Positions 1-9,989 of a DNA stretch of 64,000 nucleotides are shown here, piece by piece. This stretch comes from Octopus bimaculoides (lineage: Eukaryota), in assembly GCF_001194135.2 (NCBI RefSeq), contig NC_068994.1, positions 632,417 to 696,416 on the forward strand, in the 5' to 3' direction. The notes under the pieces were generated by a model. That model saw only the letters and a list, made by a program, of their open reading frames with translations, was not told where the DNA came from and did no database searches. Position 1 is the first letter of the stretch; each line of letters begins with the position of its first letter. The position numbers and the translations under genes were made by a program.

Positions 1-333
1 ACCATCCTGAGCGTGACCGTTGCCAGTACCGCCTGACTGGCCTTGTAGGGTTTTCGAGCGAGATCGTTGCCAGTGCCCCTGGACTGGCTCTTGTGCGGGT
101 GGCACATAAAAGACACCATTTCGAGCATGGCCGTTTTCGTGCGGGTGACGCGTAAAAGCACCCACTACACTCTATGAGTGGTTGGCGTTAGGAAGGGCAT
201 CCAGCTGTAGAAACTCTGCCAAATTAGATTGGAGCCTGGTGTAGCCATCCGGTTGCACCAGTCCTCAGTTAAATCGTCCAACCCATGCTAGCATGGAAAG
301 CGGACGTTAAACGATGATGATGATGATGATGAT
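1..333 (+). mobile_element. 3' UTR and (GAT)n tail of young RTE-type LINE family
   Basis: Same tail as the LINE at 9990-11377 (aaaagcacccactacactc...gcatggaaagcggacgttaaac(gat)n); tandem GCCAGT-N8-ACTGGC modules upstream. Confidence 0.85.
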
Positions 334-619
334 GTATATGCTGTGTTTAATTTCTGTCTCTTTGTATAGCCTTCATCAGGTTTGCCCATTATAGCTTATT
401 TAATATACCATTATTCATCTTTATGGTTCAAATACACGCCATTTGTTTCTTTTAGCTTATTTTCACTTGTTGGGGACTGGGAGTTGTGGCGATTTGCTGC
501 TCTTGAGAAGGCATGTCAAGCTAAGGAAAATCGTGGCCATCCCTACATACAGGCATGTCCTTTACAGGTATCAGTGCCACATAAAATGTACTCCTGCTGC
601 TGATGCTGTATAAATGCAT

Positions 620-812
620 CCATGCTAGTGGCACATTAAAAGCACCCAGCACACTCTGTTCAGTGGTTGGCATAAGGAAAGGCATCCAGCTGCAGAAACC
701 CTGCCAAAACAGACAACCAGGGTCTGGTCAGCTCCCTGACTGGCCAGCTCCTGTCAGACTGTCCTACTCATGCCAGCATGCAAAACAGGCGTTAAACAAT
801 GATGTTGATGTG
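620..812 (+). mobile_element. Diverged RTE-family 3' tail copy
   Basis: ggcacattaaaagcacccagcacactc...ggcatccagctgcagaaacc...catgccagcatg...gttaaacaatgatgttgatg. Confidence 0.75.
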
Positions 813-1538
813 TGTGTGTGTGCCATTATTTTACACCTGCTCTCTCTACTGGCATATGTTGAGGGTGGGGGAGGTATTACCACAGGGATCACTGCCTTTA
901 CATGTTATGCTATGTTGTATGGGGAGTCTGTACACCCCCGTCATTGGCTGAGTGAACTATACTAGTTAGTATAAATGAGCAGGCACAGAACAGTCTGAGA
1001 AGAGTGTCATGTAGTGTAGAGGTCGTAGGAATTATTGAATCGAGATATTGTGGAGTGTTTGTTGAAGATACACAGTTGGAGAGTAATCAGAGAAGATCAG
1101 GAACATTTGATATTGTAATAGTTCAGAGATAACAGTGACGACGAGAAGTCGTATCATATTATGTAAAGGTGGGAAGGAGGAGGAGATTGGGAGGGTTGAT
1201 TTGTAAAAGGAGGACACCAAAACTGGGCAAGAAGGTGTGAAGGTGGTTGCTATGGCATTGAGGTGGATCCGACCACTCCTGTTAATCGGGACAAAACCCA
1301 GATTTAAAACATTTGATGATGATGATGATTCTATATTGTATTTCAGTGTTTATGTCTTTCAAATTTCTTCTGTAATTGTAGCCTATAAGTTTGTCTGTCT
1401 GTTTGTCTACTCATACACACACCAGAAAAGTGACAACACACATTTTAATAAGTTCTTGAGCAAGTCCTTCCACTTAACAGACTCCTTAGTTGCAGTCAGT
1501 CTTTGTCCCTTGTTTCAACATGTGTCACTTATTTGCAG

Positions 1539-1638
1539 GACTGCAGGCTGTATTTGTGTGGTACCAAAAAGGACCTTCTTCAAACACAACCTTGTCCCCA
1601 AAAGGTCCAGCGAGGAGATGCAGAAGCTCTAGGGGACA
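1539..1638 (+). CDS. RAB24: Rab24 coding exon (G4 region), gene begins upstream of window
   Basis: tttgcag acceptor and gtaagt donor. Encodes DCRLYLCGTKKDLLQTQPCPQKVQRGDAEALGD, matching Rab24 CQIYLCGTKSDLL with its atypical TKxD G4. Phase 0 to 1. Confidence 0.9.
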
Positions 1639-1689
1639 GTAAGTTTCTTCTATTTGAATTGTTGTTGATGTTGTTTAAGGCAGTGGGTT

Positions 1690-2110
1690 GGCAGGAGCCC
1701 TACCCCGACCCCACCAAACCAAATGCGACATTTTGTCTGCCTTTACATTCTGAGTTCAAATTTGCCTTTCATCCTTTCGGGGTCAATAAAATAAGTACCA
1801 GTTGCACACTGGGGTCAATGTAATTGATTTACCCCTTCCCGCAAAATTACTAACCTCGTGCCCATATGTGAAACCCTTTTTATTGAGAATCATTTGCACG
1901 CTGGGCAAAATGCATAGCGACATTTCATATACCTTTACGCTCTGAGTTCAAATTCTGCTGAGGTCAGCTTTGCCTTTCATTCTTTCTGGGTCAATAAAAT
2001 AAGTACCAGTTGCACACTGGGTTCGATTTAATTGACTGGCACTCTCCCCTGAACTTGCTGGCTTTGTGCTAAAATTTGAAGCCATTGTTATTATCATTAT
2101 TAACTGCAGT
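1690..2110 (-). mobile_element. Two tandem copies of (AAT)n-flanked SINE family
   Basis: Repeated ttctgagttcaaat...tttgcctttcatc...ggggtcaataaaataagtaccagttgcacactgggg, ending at an (ATT)-like run near 2090-2102. Confidence 0.7.
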
Positions 2111-2486
2111 GCATCTTGTGGTTGAGTATTCCACAGTCACATGTCTCCTTTATACAATCCTTTGGCAGAATAAGGGTAACACTGTGTGGCAAGGTGACTC
2201 CCTCCCGCCGACTATACTCCGTGCGTCTGGCTTTGCACACAGTTTCTGCCTGCCAAACCTTTGGTCAACCTGAGGCAATGCTGTGGAATTGAACTCAGGA
2301 TTGCAGTATTGCAAAACAATCTCCTTCAACAATCAGCACNNNNNNNNNNNNNNNNNNNNNNNNNNNNNNNNNNNNNNNNNNNNNNNNNNNNNNNNNNNNN
2401 NNNNNNNNNNNNNNNNNNNNAAACCCCCACCCCAATCTCAGGTGGATGTATATTACCCAGAATTCTCTATTTCTCTCTCCAACCAG

Positions 2487-2537
2487 ATTTCTCTGCTGAA
2501 GTGTTTGAAACATCAAGTAAAACCGGAGAAAATATTA
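2487..2537 (+). CDS. RAB24: Rab24 coding exon (G5 region)
   Basis: ctctctccaaccag acceptor and gtaagt donor; 51 nt, phase 1-1. Encodes (N)FSAEVFETSSKTGENI, matching Rab24 FETSSKTG. Confidence 0.92.
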
Positions 2538-3314
2538 GTAAGTATTGTTGTTATGGTTACTAGATAGAACTGTTGTTGCTATGGTTACCAGGCATATTTC
2601 TATTGTTGCTATAGTTACAAAATAAAGCACTGTGGGTAGGCTACTTGACTGTTGTTGTTTAGCCCCAGGTCAGTCCTGGTTGATCAAGGACACTCTCACC
2701 ATGCCTATCACGTTTTGTTTACTTCTTAGTGTAATGTATCTTGGACTACATTATCCAATGTGTCCTCCTTGTTTTTAAAATTGTAGAGTGTCATTTGAAG
2801 GAAATTTGGCTGCTGTTTCTAGCATCTAAGGTGACTGCATAGAGACTTCATCATTGGTTTATTTTCAGACGCTTGTTATTTAGCTACAGATTAGGCCTAA
2901 AATAATTCCATCCATGACCATGCCATCGTATTTTGTGACAGTCTGTCTTGGACTACATTATCCAATGTGCCCTTCCACTTCTGAGATGATGCTAGAGGTC
3001 GATTTTAGGCAGCTTTGGCGGTTATTTGTAGCATGTTGAACAAACATATAAAGACACATACCCCTACCAGGGTAAGTAGTGGTAGCACTCTATAACAAAC
3101 AAGTGTTTCAGCTCCTTCTGTATTGGTTGGGTATGCTTTGGTGACACTCTCAACTAAAGGGGTCTGAGACTGACCAAAACTAGGTCCTTACATCAACCAA
3201 TAAGACAAGGGTTTTGAAGGTTTATTTTAGAGTAACTGACGTTAGTAGAGTGGTTGTAAATAACATCCGTTGAGATTGTCTCTTTTTCAGTAGGGAGGGC
3301 TATATATATATATA

Positions 3315-3600
3315 TCACGGTATCATGGTATCGACCAGACTATCAGCTGTTGTTATACATCACTCGTCACAATGTGCTTTGCATCATTTTAGCTTTCAAC
3401 AATGCCACCCCACTGGTTCGGTGGGCAGGCCAACATACCCCCTGATTGGAAGGCTGGCCTGTCACAGGGTGACCCATTTACAGCTGAGCAGACTGGAGCA
3501 ACATGAAATGGAGTGTTTTGCTCAAGACGTTGTCCAGTCCAGAAATCAAGCCCATGACCTAGCAATCACAAGTGCAATACCCCAACCACTGGCTACAAGC
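3315..3600 (-). mobile_element. tRNA-derived SINE
   Basis: Reverse complement of the family at 50355-50630 (ttgagcaaaacact...tgttgctccagt...ctcagctg). Confidence 0.65.
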
Positions 3601-3817
3601 CTTCACACACGCATATATTTTATCTTAGATATATATATATATGTATGTATGTATATGGTGGGTGATAGTAGTTATGGCCAAGGGAGTGATATCACCTCTC
3701 TCTCTCTCTCTCTCTTTCATACCACATTGTCACCACATTAAATCATTACATCACATCATCATCATCATCATCATCATCACATGCCACCACACTGCATCAC
3801 ATCATCACATGACATAT

Positions 3818-4113
3818 ATCATCATCATCATCATTTAATGTTCACTTTCCATGCTGGCATGGGTTGGACAGTTTGAGTGGAACTGGCAAGGTCAGGATCT
3901 TTTGTCTGTCTTGGTATGGTTTCCCTGGCTGGATGCCCTTCCTATCACCCACCACTCAACAGAGTGGTCTTGGCATTAGGAATGGTATCCAGCCAGGGAA
4001 ACCAAGTCAAAACAGACACAGAGCCCAGGCAGCCCTCCAGCCTTGCCAGCCCCTGTCAAACTGTCCGACCCATGCCAGCATGGAAAGCAGATGTTAAATG
4101 ATGATGATGATGA
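3818..4113. repeat. Foldback (head-to-head) pair of RTE 3' tails forming a ~290-nt hairpin
   Basis: Left arm (cat)n...gccctt...accactc, loop aaca (3958-3961), right arm gagtggt...(gat)n. Arms are imperfect reverse complements. Confidence 0.8.
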
Positions 4114-4166
4114 GTATCCCCCAATGTTGTGTAAACCTCAAAGCTGTTTCTTTTGTTTTGCTTCAG

Positions 4167-4241
4167 AGGAATTATTTCTGAGAATCGCTGAAGATTACAT
4201 CCAATTGTGGAAGAAGAATAAAACAATAGCTTTGTCACGAG
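4167..4241 (+). CDS. RAB24: Rab24 coding exon (helix 5)
   Basis: ttttgttttgcttcag acceptor and gtgagt donor; 75 nt, phase 1-1. Encodes (K)ELFLRIAEDYIQLWKKNKTIALSR, matching Rab24 ELFQKVAEDY. Confidence 0.9.
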
Positions 4242-4929
4242 GTGAGTTACTGTGGGGGGGACGGGGTATGTGTGGGTGAATGTGTCTACTTGTCTATTTG
4301 GGACACCTGAGACCTTTACCCTATATAGAATATGTTTGTGTGTCCACCTGTCTAGCAGTGACATTTGGCAATCTACAATTCACAGAGTTAGAGACTTGAT
4401 GTCTTCCACTTTCGTTGAGATGGATAAATAGAAGCATCGCAGAGAGATTCTAAATGTACCAAAGCGTTATTTGAAACCCTCACCTCACTGATACTCTTGC
4501 TGCTGCTGCATTCCCTCTCCTAAGTATACACTACAGATGTGGAGCAGAGTATGTCTTAAGAAGGCAACTATAATGCACGTACACACACACACACGATTGT
4601 GTGGTTAAGAAGCTTGTTTCCCAACCATGTGATCTTGAGTTCAGTCCCACCGTATTGCACCTATGAACAAGTGTCTTCTTCTATAGCCCTGGGCCAATCA
4701 AAGCCTCACAAATGGATTTAATATACAAAAACTGAAAGAAGTCCATTATGTATAAAACAAAAACAGGAAAGTGGAAATTTTTCGGTATTATTTATTCTCC
4801 ATTACACATGTTTCATTTGCTAATTGGAATTACAAAGATTTACATGTTACATAAACATGTAAGGAATTTTCTGTTAGAAATTTGTCAAACAGGAAAATTC
4901 TGATACAAAAATCACATTTGGATGAAGCA

Positions 4930-5055
4930 TCTCATCATTGTTTAACATCCACTTTCCATGCTGGTATGGGTTGGATGGTTTGATATGGAACTGGCCAGTT
5001 GAGAGTTGTCCAAACTCCAGTTGTCTGGTTTCTATGGCTGGATGCCATTCCTAAC
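4930..5055 (-). mobile_element. Diverged RTE-family 3' tail copy
   Basis: catcattgtttaacatccactttccatgctggtatgggttgg...ttctatggctggatgccattcctaac. Confidence 0.7.
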
Positions 5056-5247
5056 TTAGTGACTTGTTAAACAGCTGGAACACTCACTGTCAAAATTGAC
5101 AAAAGATCTGATTTTGAATTTTTTTCTTTTTTCCTTTTCTTCTCAAAGACCCTTGAAAAATTGTAAATAAATGTTGTGAAGTCGAATTTCCCCAATGTCC
5201 AATGTCTAACTCTAAATATTTTACTATTGTCTCCCGCTACTTCTCAG

Positions 5248-5283
5248 GAGCTGAATACGGTAACAGTGATGATGACTCAAGTG
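5248..5283 (+). CDS. RAB24: Candidate 36-nt in-frame exon of Rab24 (GAEYGNSDDDSS)
   Basis: Pyrimidine tract ttactattgtctcccgctacttctcag, donor G|gtgagc. Phase 1-1, stop-free, and keeps the frame between exons 4167-4241 and 8569-8645. No homology support. Confidence 0.5.
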
Positions 5284-5922
5284 GTGAGCTCAACTGTAAT
5301 GATGTCTTTCTGTGTGTCACAACTGCTTCTTATTGTTAACATTGCTTTCTGGCTACGGCCTTGTCCCTCTCCTGGCTACACTGCACCTTAGTGGTAACAG
5401 CTTTGCAGTATCATTGCATGTTATGTTGGTCATGTGAGGCACGAGTATGTCTTTTTCATTTGGAATGGCAACAGAATAGACAAACCTGTAGCTTTAAACT
5501 CTCTCAACACTATGTGCTTACTACAAAATTGTGTGATATGCTTTGTATATATATATATATATATATGTATATGTTTGTATGTATGTATATATATAATGCA
5601 ACTGTATAAGTTTATACATGTATTGTATGTGTACATGTATAAAGTGGGCACCACTTATTGTATTCACTTTTGTAACTGAACTTTTTGATAGTAATAACCA
5701 CTTGTTAACATTATATGTACATATATGTATGTATATATGCACATATATATATATATATATATATACATATTATTATATGTATTTATTTTCTCCTAGTTAA
5801 TAAATAACTCAGACAAAATAAATTGGTTAATAGATACCAGGGTAGCAAAGATCACAAAATGACTGTGGTGTAACTCCTGTTTATGAGGTAGAAACTCCTT
5901 GTTATTTTGGGTACTTGAGTAA

Positions 5923-6020
5923 ATATACAAATTTAGTGAATGGAGTAAAACGTATATGTTAACTGCATACTTTTATTTCCAAGTATGCAGTTAACATATG
6001 CGTTTTACTCCATTTACTAA

Positions 6021-6030
<10 letters not shown>
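5923..6030. repeat. ~50-bp-stem palindrome (MITE-like hairpin)
   Basis: atacaaatttagtgaatggagtaaaacgtatatgttaactgcatactt, loop ttatttcc, then its reverse complement with 3 mismatches; TA-rich flanks. Confidence 0.85.
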
Positions 6031-6056
<26 letters not shown>

Positions 6057-6106
6057 TATATTATTATATGATTGAACATCATGCACCCTCTTCCAAATAA
6101 GTTTTA

Positions 6107-6140
<34 letters not shown>

Positions 6141-6400
6141 GTTGTGTGTATTTACTTCATTTGTGGGCAAACAAGTCTACCAATGGTTTCATATAAAGAG
6201 ATCTTCACAATTGTTTGAGCATGCCACATTAGTTAAGTGAGTGTATATAGTTGCATATCACTCTCAGCTCATATACAACTATGTATACACAGAATTGCTA
6301 AACCACCATGTTCACATTACCCGTTTGAGAAATGGTGAAATAAATTTAATATTTCAGCCAGGAAACCCTGGGTAGATGAATTTCATATCGTGTTGTTGAA

Positions 6401-6402
<2 letters not shown>

Positions 6403-6433
<31 letters not shown>

Positions 6434-6720
6434 CCTTTCTACTAATATGAGAGGGATTATTCTTATTGATAACATTAATGTTATGATGAAAATGTTTTTC
6501 TTTGTTTCTGGAGTTGTTTTGTTATTATAGGCACATGGACCGAAATTCTTGGGGGTGGCTAGTCAATTACATTGACCCCAGTGTGCAACTGGTACTTTGG
6601 ACCCCAAACGAATGAAAGGCAAAATCAGTGTTGGTGGCATTTGAAGTTAGAACATAGAATTGTAAGAAATACTATGAAGCATTTTGTCTGGCACAGTTAC
6701 AATTCTGCCAATTTGCCACT

Positions 6721-6750
<30 letters not shown>
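6403..6750 (+). mobile_element. (AAT)n-flanked SINE copy
   Basis: (aat)n-cctttctact...gcac...gtcaattacattgaccccagtgtgcaactggtact...gaatgaaaggcaaa...aattctgccaatttgccact-(taa)n. Confidence 0.75.
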
Positions 6751-6753
<3 letters not shown>

Positions 6754-7179
6754 TACATGCAAACACACACACACATGTATGTATGTGTATAAATAGTTGT
6801 ATACATTCAACAGACATTACACATCAAGCAATGGTTATATATTGATTGGTTAGTTTAGTCTGTCATGCATGGTGTTAACATCACTTGGTTTAGCCTGTCA
6901 TTGTGCACTTCTAAATGGTGTTATTGATTGGTGTTATTGATCTGTCTGTGTTTCTGATTTAATGTTATCACATCTCTATTGTTGTTGTTGTTGGTGTTAC
7001 AGTAATGAATTGTTTACTTCAAGTGATTGTACATCATATATATTACATATATATACATAAAACCACACACACACACACACAGTGCGAAGATGTTAGAATA
7101 TCACACAATACATGTGTGAAAAACAAATGTATATAAAGAATACAAAATTAAACTTTGACGGCGTGTGCTGCTCTCAATT

Positions 7180-7408
7180 AATAATAATGATAATTCTTTC
7201 TACTAAAGGCAGTAGGCCTGAAATTTGGGTGGGGGGGAGGTGTTCTAGTTGATTACATTGATCCCCAATATGCAGTTGGTACTTATTTCATCAACCTCAA
7301 AGGCCAAAGTTGACCTCAGTAGAATTTGAATTCAGAATGTAAATATTGATAAAATGCCACTAAGCAGTTAGTCCGACATGATAACAATTCTGCCAATTTT
7401 GCTGCCTT
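7180..7408 (+). mobile_element. (AAT)n-flanked SINE copy, followed by start of a second copy running into a gap
   Basis: aataataatgataattctttctactaaaggc...gattacattgatcccc...gaatttgaattcagaatg...aattctgccaattttgctgcc. Confidence 0.7.
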
Positions 7409-8568
7409 TAATGGTTTCAAATTTTAGCACAAGGCCAGCAGTTTTAGAAGTGGGGATAANNNNNNNNNNNNNNNNNNNNNNNNNNNNNNNNNNNNNNNNN
7501 NNNNNNNNNNNNNNNNNNNNNNNNNNNNNNNNNNNNNNNNNNNNNNNNNNNNNNNNNNNNNNNNNNNNNNNNNNNNNNNNNNNNNNNNNNNNNNNNNNNN
7601 NNNNNNNNNNNNNNNNNNNNNNNNNNNNNNNNNNNNNNNNNNNNNNNNNNNNNNNNNNNNNNNNNNNNNNNNNNNNNNNNNNNNNNNNNNNNNNNNNNNN
7701 NNNNNNNNNNNNNNNNNNNNNNNNNNNNNNNNNNNNNNNNNNNNNNNNNNNNNNNNNNNNNNNNNNNNNNNNNNNNNNNNNNNNNNNNNNNNTGGGGGTG
7801 CTAAAGCCAGCAGTCATAGAATCCCTGTGGGGTACAACAAGGACCTCAGGTATTAATAACTTTGGAAAACTTAATTGTTAGAACAATGCCAGAGAAATTC
7901 TATAATTAATGGAGTGTCTGTAGTGAGGCCTAGCACAAATTGACATTGGCATTACTAGATTGGTCCTTACTTCATCAAACCCAGAGGAATGACAGTTAGA
8001 ATGTAAAAGGATGATTGTCAACACAGATCTACTCTCTGTGCTACCCAACCACCCTTAATAAACAATATAGAAAATTATGTCATATTGATTCTACTGGAGT
8101 ATACATCTGTGGAGTACTCAGCCACTTGCCTGTTAATTGAGTGAGGTGATAATTCTGTTGAAGACAAAAGAGTCCACCACTGGCACTGTGCCACGTTTGT
8201 AGGTGGAGGTTGTAGAATTGTGCCACATTATATTACTGCTATTTACTTCTACATTGAACCCCGAGTGGGGAAAGAATAAACATCAGCTGTGGCAGGATTT
8301 GATCTAAGTTAATAAAACAATCCAGGGTTAATGGCTTTTGACTTTGAAATGAAGTGTGGGGGGGGGGGGCAGGGGGGAGTAAAGTCAGTTGGAGTGACCT
8401 CAGTATATGTCTGGTATTTTAGTGATGCTGTATGGACGGAATGCTAAGTCAACCTTGGTGAGATTTGAACACAGGTGTAAGTAATTACATCCACAGTTTT
8501 TCTGTCTGTCTGTCTTTCCATATTGCTATGTTCTCATCACTAACTCTAAATTTCTCTCTTCCTGCCAG

Positions 8569-8645
8569 ATTCTACCCACTCTATCAGATTAAACAACTAC
8601 CATTTGCAGGATAAAGAAAAATACAAGTGTTGCTTGACCTCTTGA
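8569..8645 (+). CDS. RAB24: Rab24 terminal coding exon
   Basis: tttctctcttcctgccag acceptor. Phase 1 continuation gives DSTHSIRLNNYHLQDKEKYKCCLTS-stop (TGA 8643-8645), a C-terminal double-cysteine prenylation motif. Confidence 0.85.
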
Positions 8646-9989
8646 CCTCACAATATTCACCACCTGACCACTGGCTATTCCAGCTGAACAATGGCTATTA
8701 CCTTGGACAACCAACCGTCTTGCATTTTTCTGTTAACCGTTCCTATACTTTGAGGGGTAGACTCACCCACAGTAACACCACCTCCAGGCCGTTGGGTGCC
8801 TTGGACAGAGTCCACTCTGTCGTAAATATTCGGGCCAGTTGCCAATAACTCCTTGCCCCAGTCTCTGGGACCATCAAAACAGTCGTGGCCCCTACACTTC
8901 TTTCTCTTCTCACGTTCAAGCAAAAAAAAAAACAAAAAAAATACAACTCCTTTATTTCTTTCTGACATTTTGTAAAGAGAATTTTACCAATCAATATTTT
9001 GACTGTGATTACGTGATATATTGATTAACTTTGGTCAAACAGGGCAGGGGAGGGGTTGGTTACAAGATGTAACAGTTGTGATTGTAAGACAACTGTTGAA
9101 ATAATTCTCTTATTGGTTTCAGTCATCCAGTTGTGGCCATACTAGGGCACTGATATACCCAAAACATTGAGCTAATAATTTACATCATCCTGTCAGTTGA
9201 ACCAAGGACGTTGGTCAGGTATTTGACCAGTGGTCACTATCAGTTTGGTCTGGGGTTTAATGCATTGTGGGAAGGTGAATTGATCGTTTTTGTGATACAA
9301 TGGGCAACACCAGAGTCACTAATGACTGCAGCACATATGATAAATTATCGTGTGTGTCTGTGGAAGAGGCTAATGACTTGCAGGTTACTGATAAATTATG
9401 ATGTATGTGCATATACACATTTAGATATGTATATCTGTGTGTATATTTATGTGTATGTATGTGTGACTATAAAAATTTGTCCAAGTGTTGTTTGATAAAC
9501 ATTTTATGAAACAATTGCAAACAGATCCACTCAAATATCAATTAAGCAATAATTGACAAAACTTTAATTAACTCACAAACTGATCATAATTAAGTTTATT
9601 ACTAAATAGACTAATTACAATCTGAGTAACTTCTTTAAAGACACATGTAATCTGAAATGTTTAAATTAATATTTTGTGGATGGAATTTGATGGAAGAAAA
9701 GGTGTGTGTGACAGTATGGTGGTATTGAGGTGATGTCTGAAGTTATTTTCCTTCATTTCAAATGCTAAATCAAATTCATTAAAGATTAATAAAATATGGA
9801 TTTGACTGAAATAATGTCGTGGAGTGAATATCATTGACTAATAAAAAACCCTTAAAGGCATTGCCCCAGTGTAGCCACAGTCCATTGATTGAAACCAGTA
9901 AAAATATAAATCTCTATAATTTCTGATTAATAAAAACTTTGAATACTTGAAATCTGATGATGTCAGAGTCTCTTCTTCTTTTTTCATCT

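Noticed and set aside
361-385. CTGATGAAGGCT on the minus strand (hammerhead-like start)
   Set aside because: No closing stem II or GAAAC follows.
8675-8994. Minus-strand ORFs near 8.7-9.0 kb, one faintly like a BEL/Pao C-terminal motif (SYWQLARI)
   Set aside because: Similarity is only a few residues, and the region is better explained as RAB24 3' UTR on the + strand.
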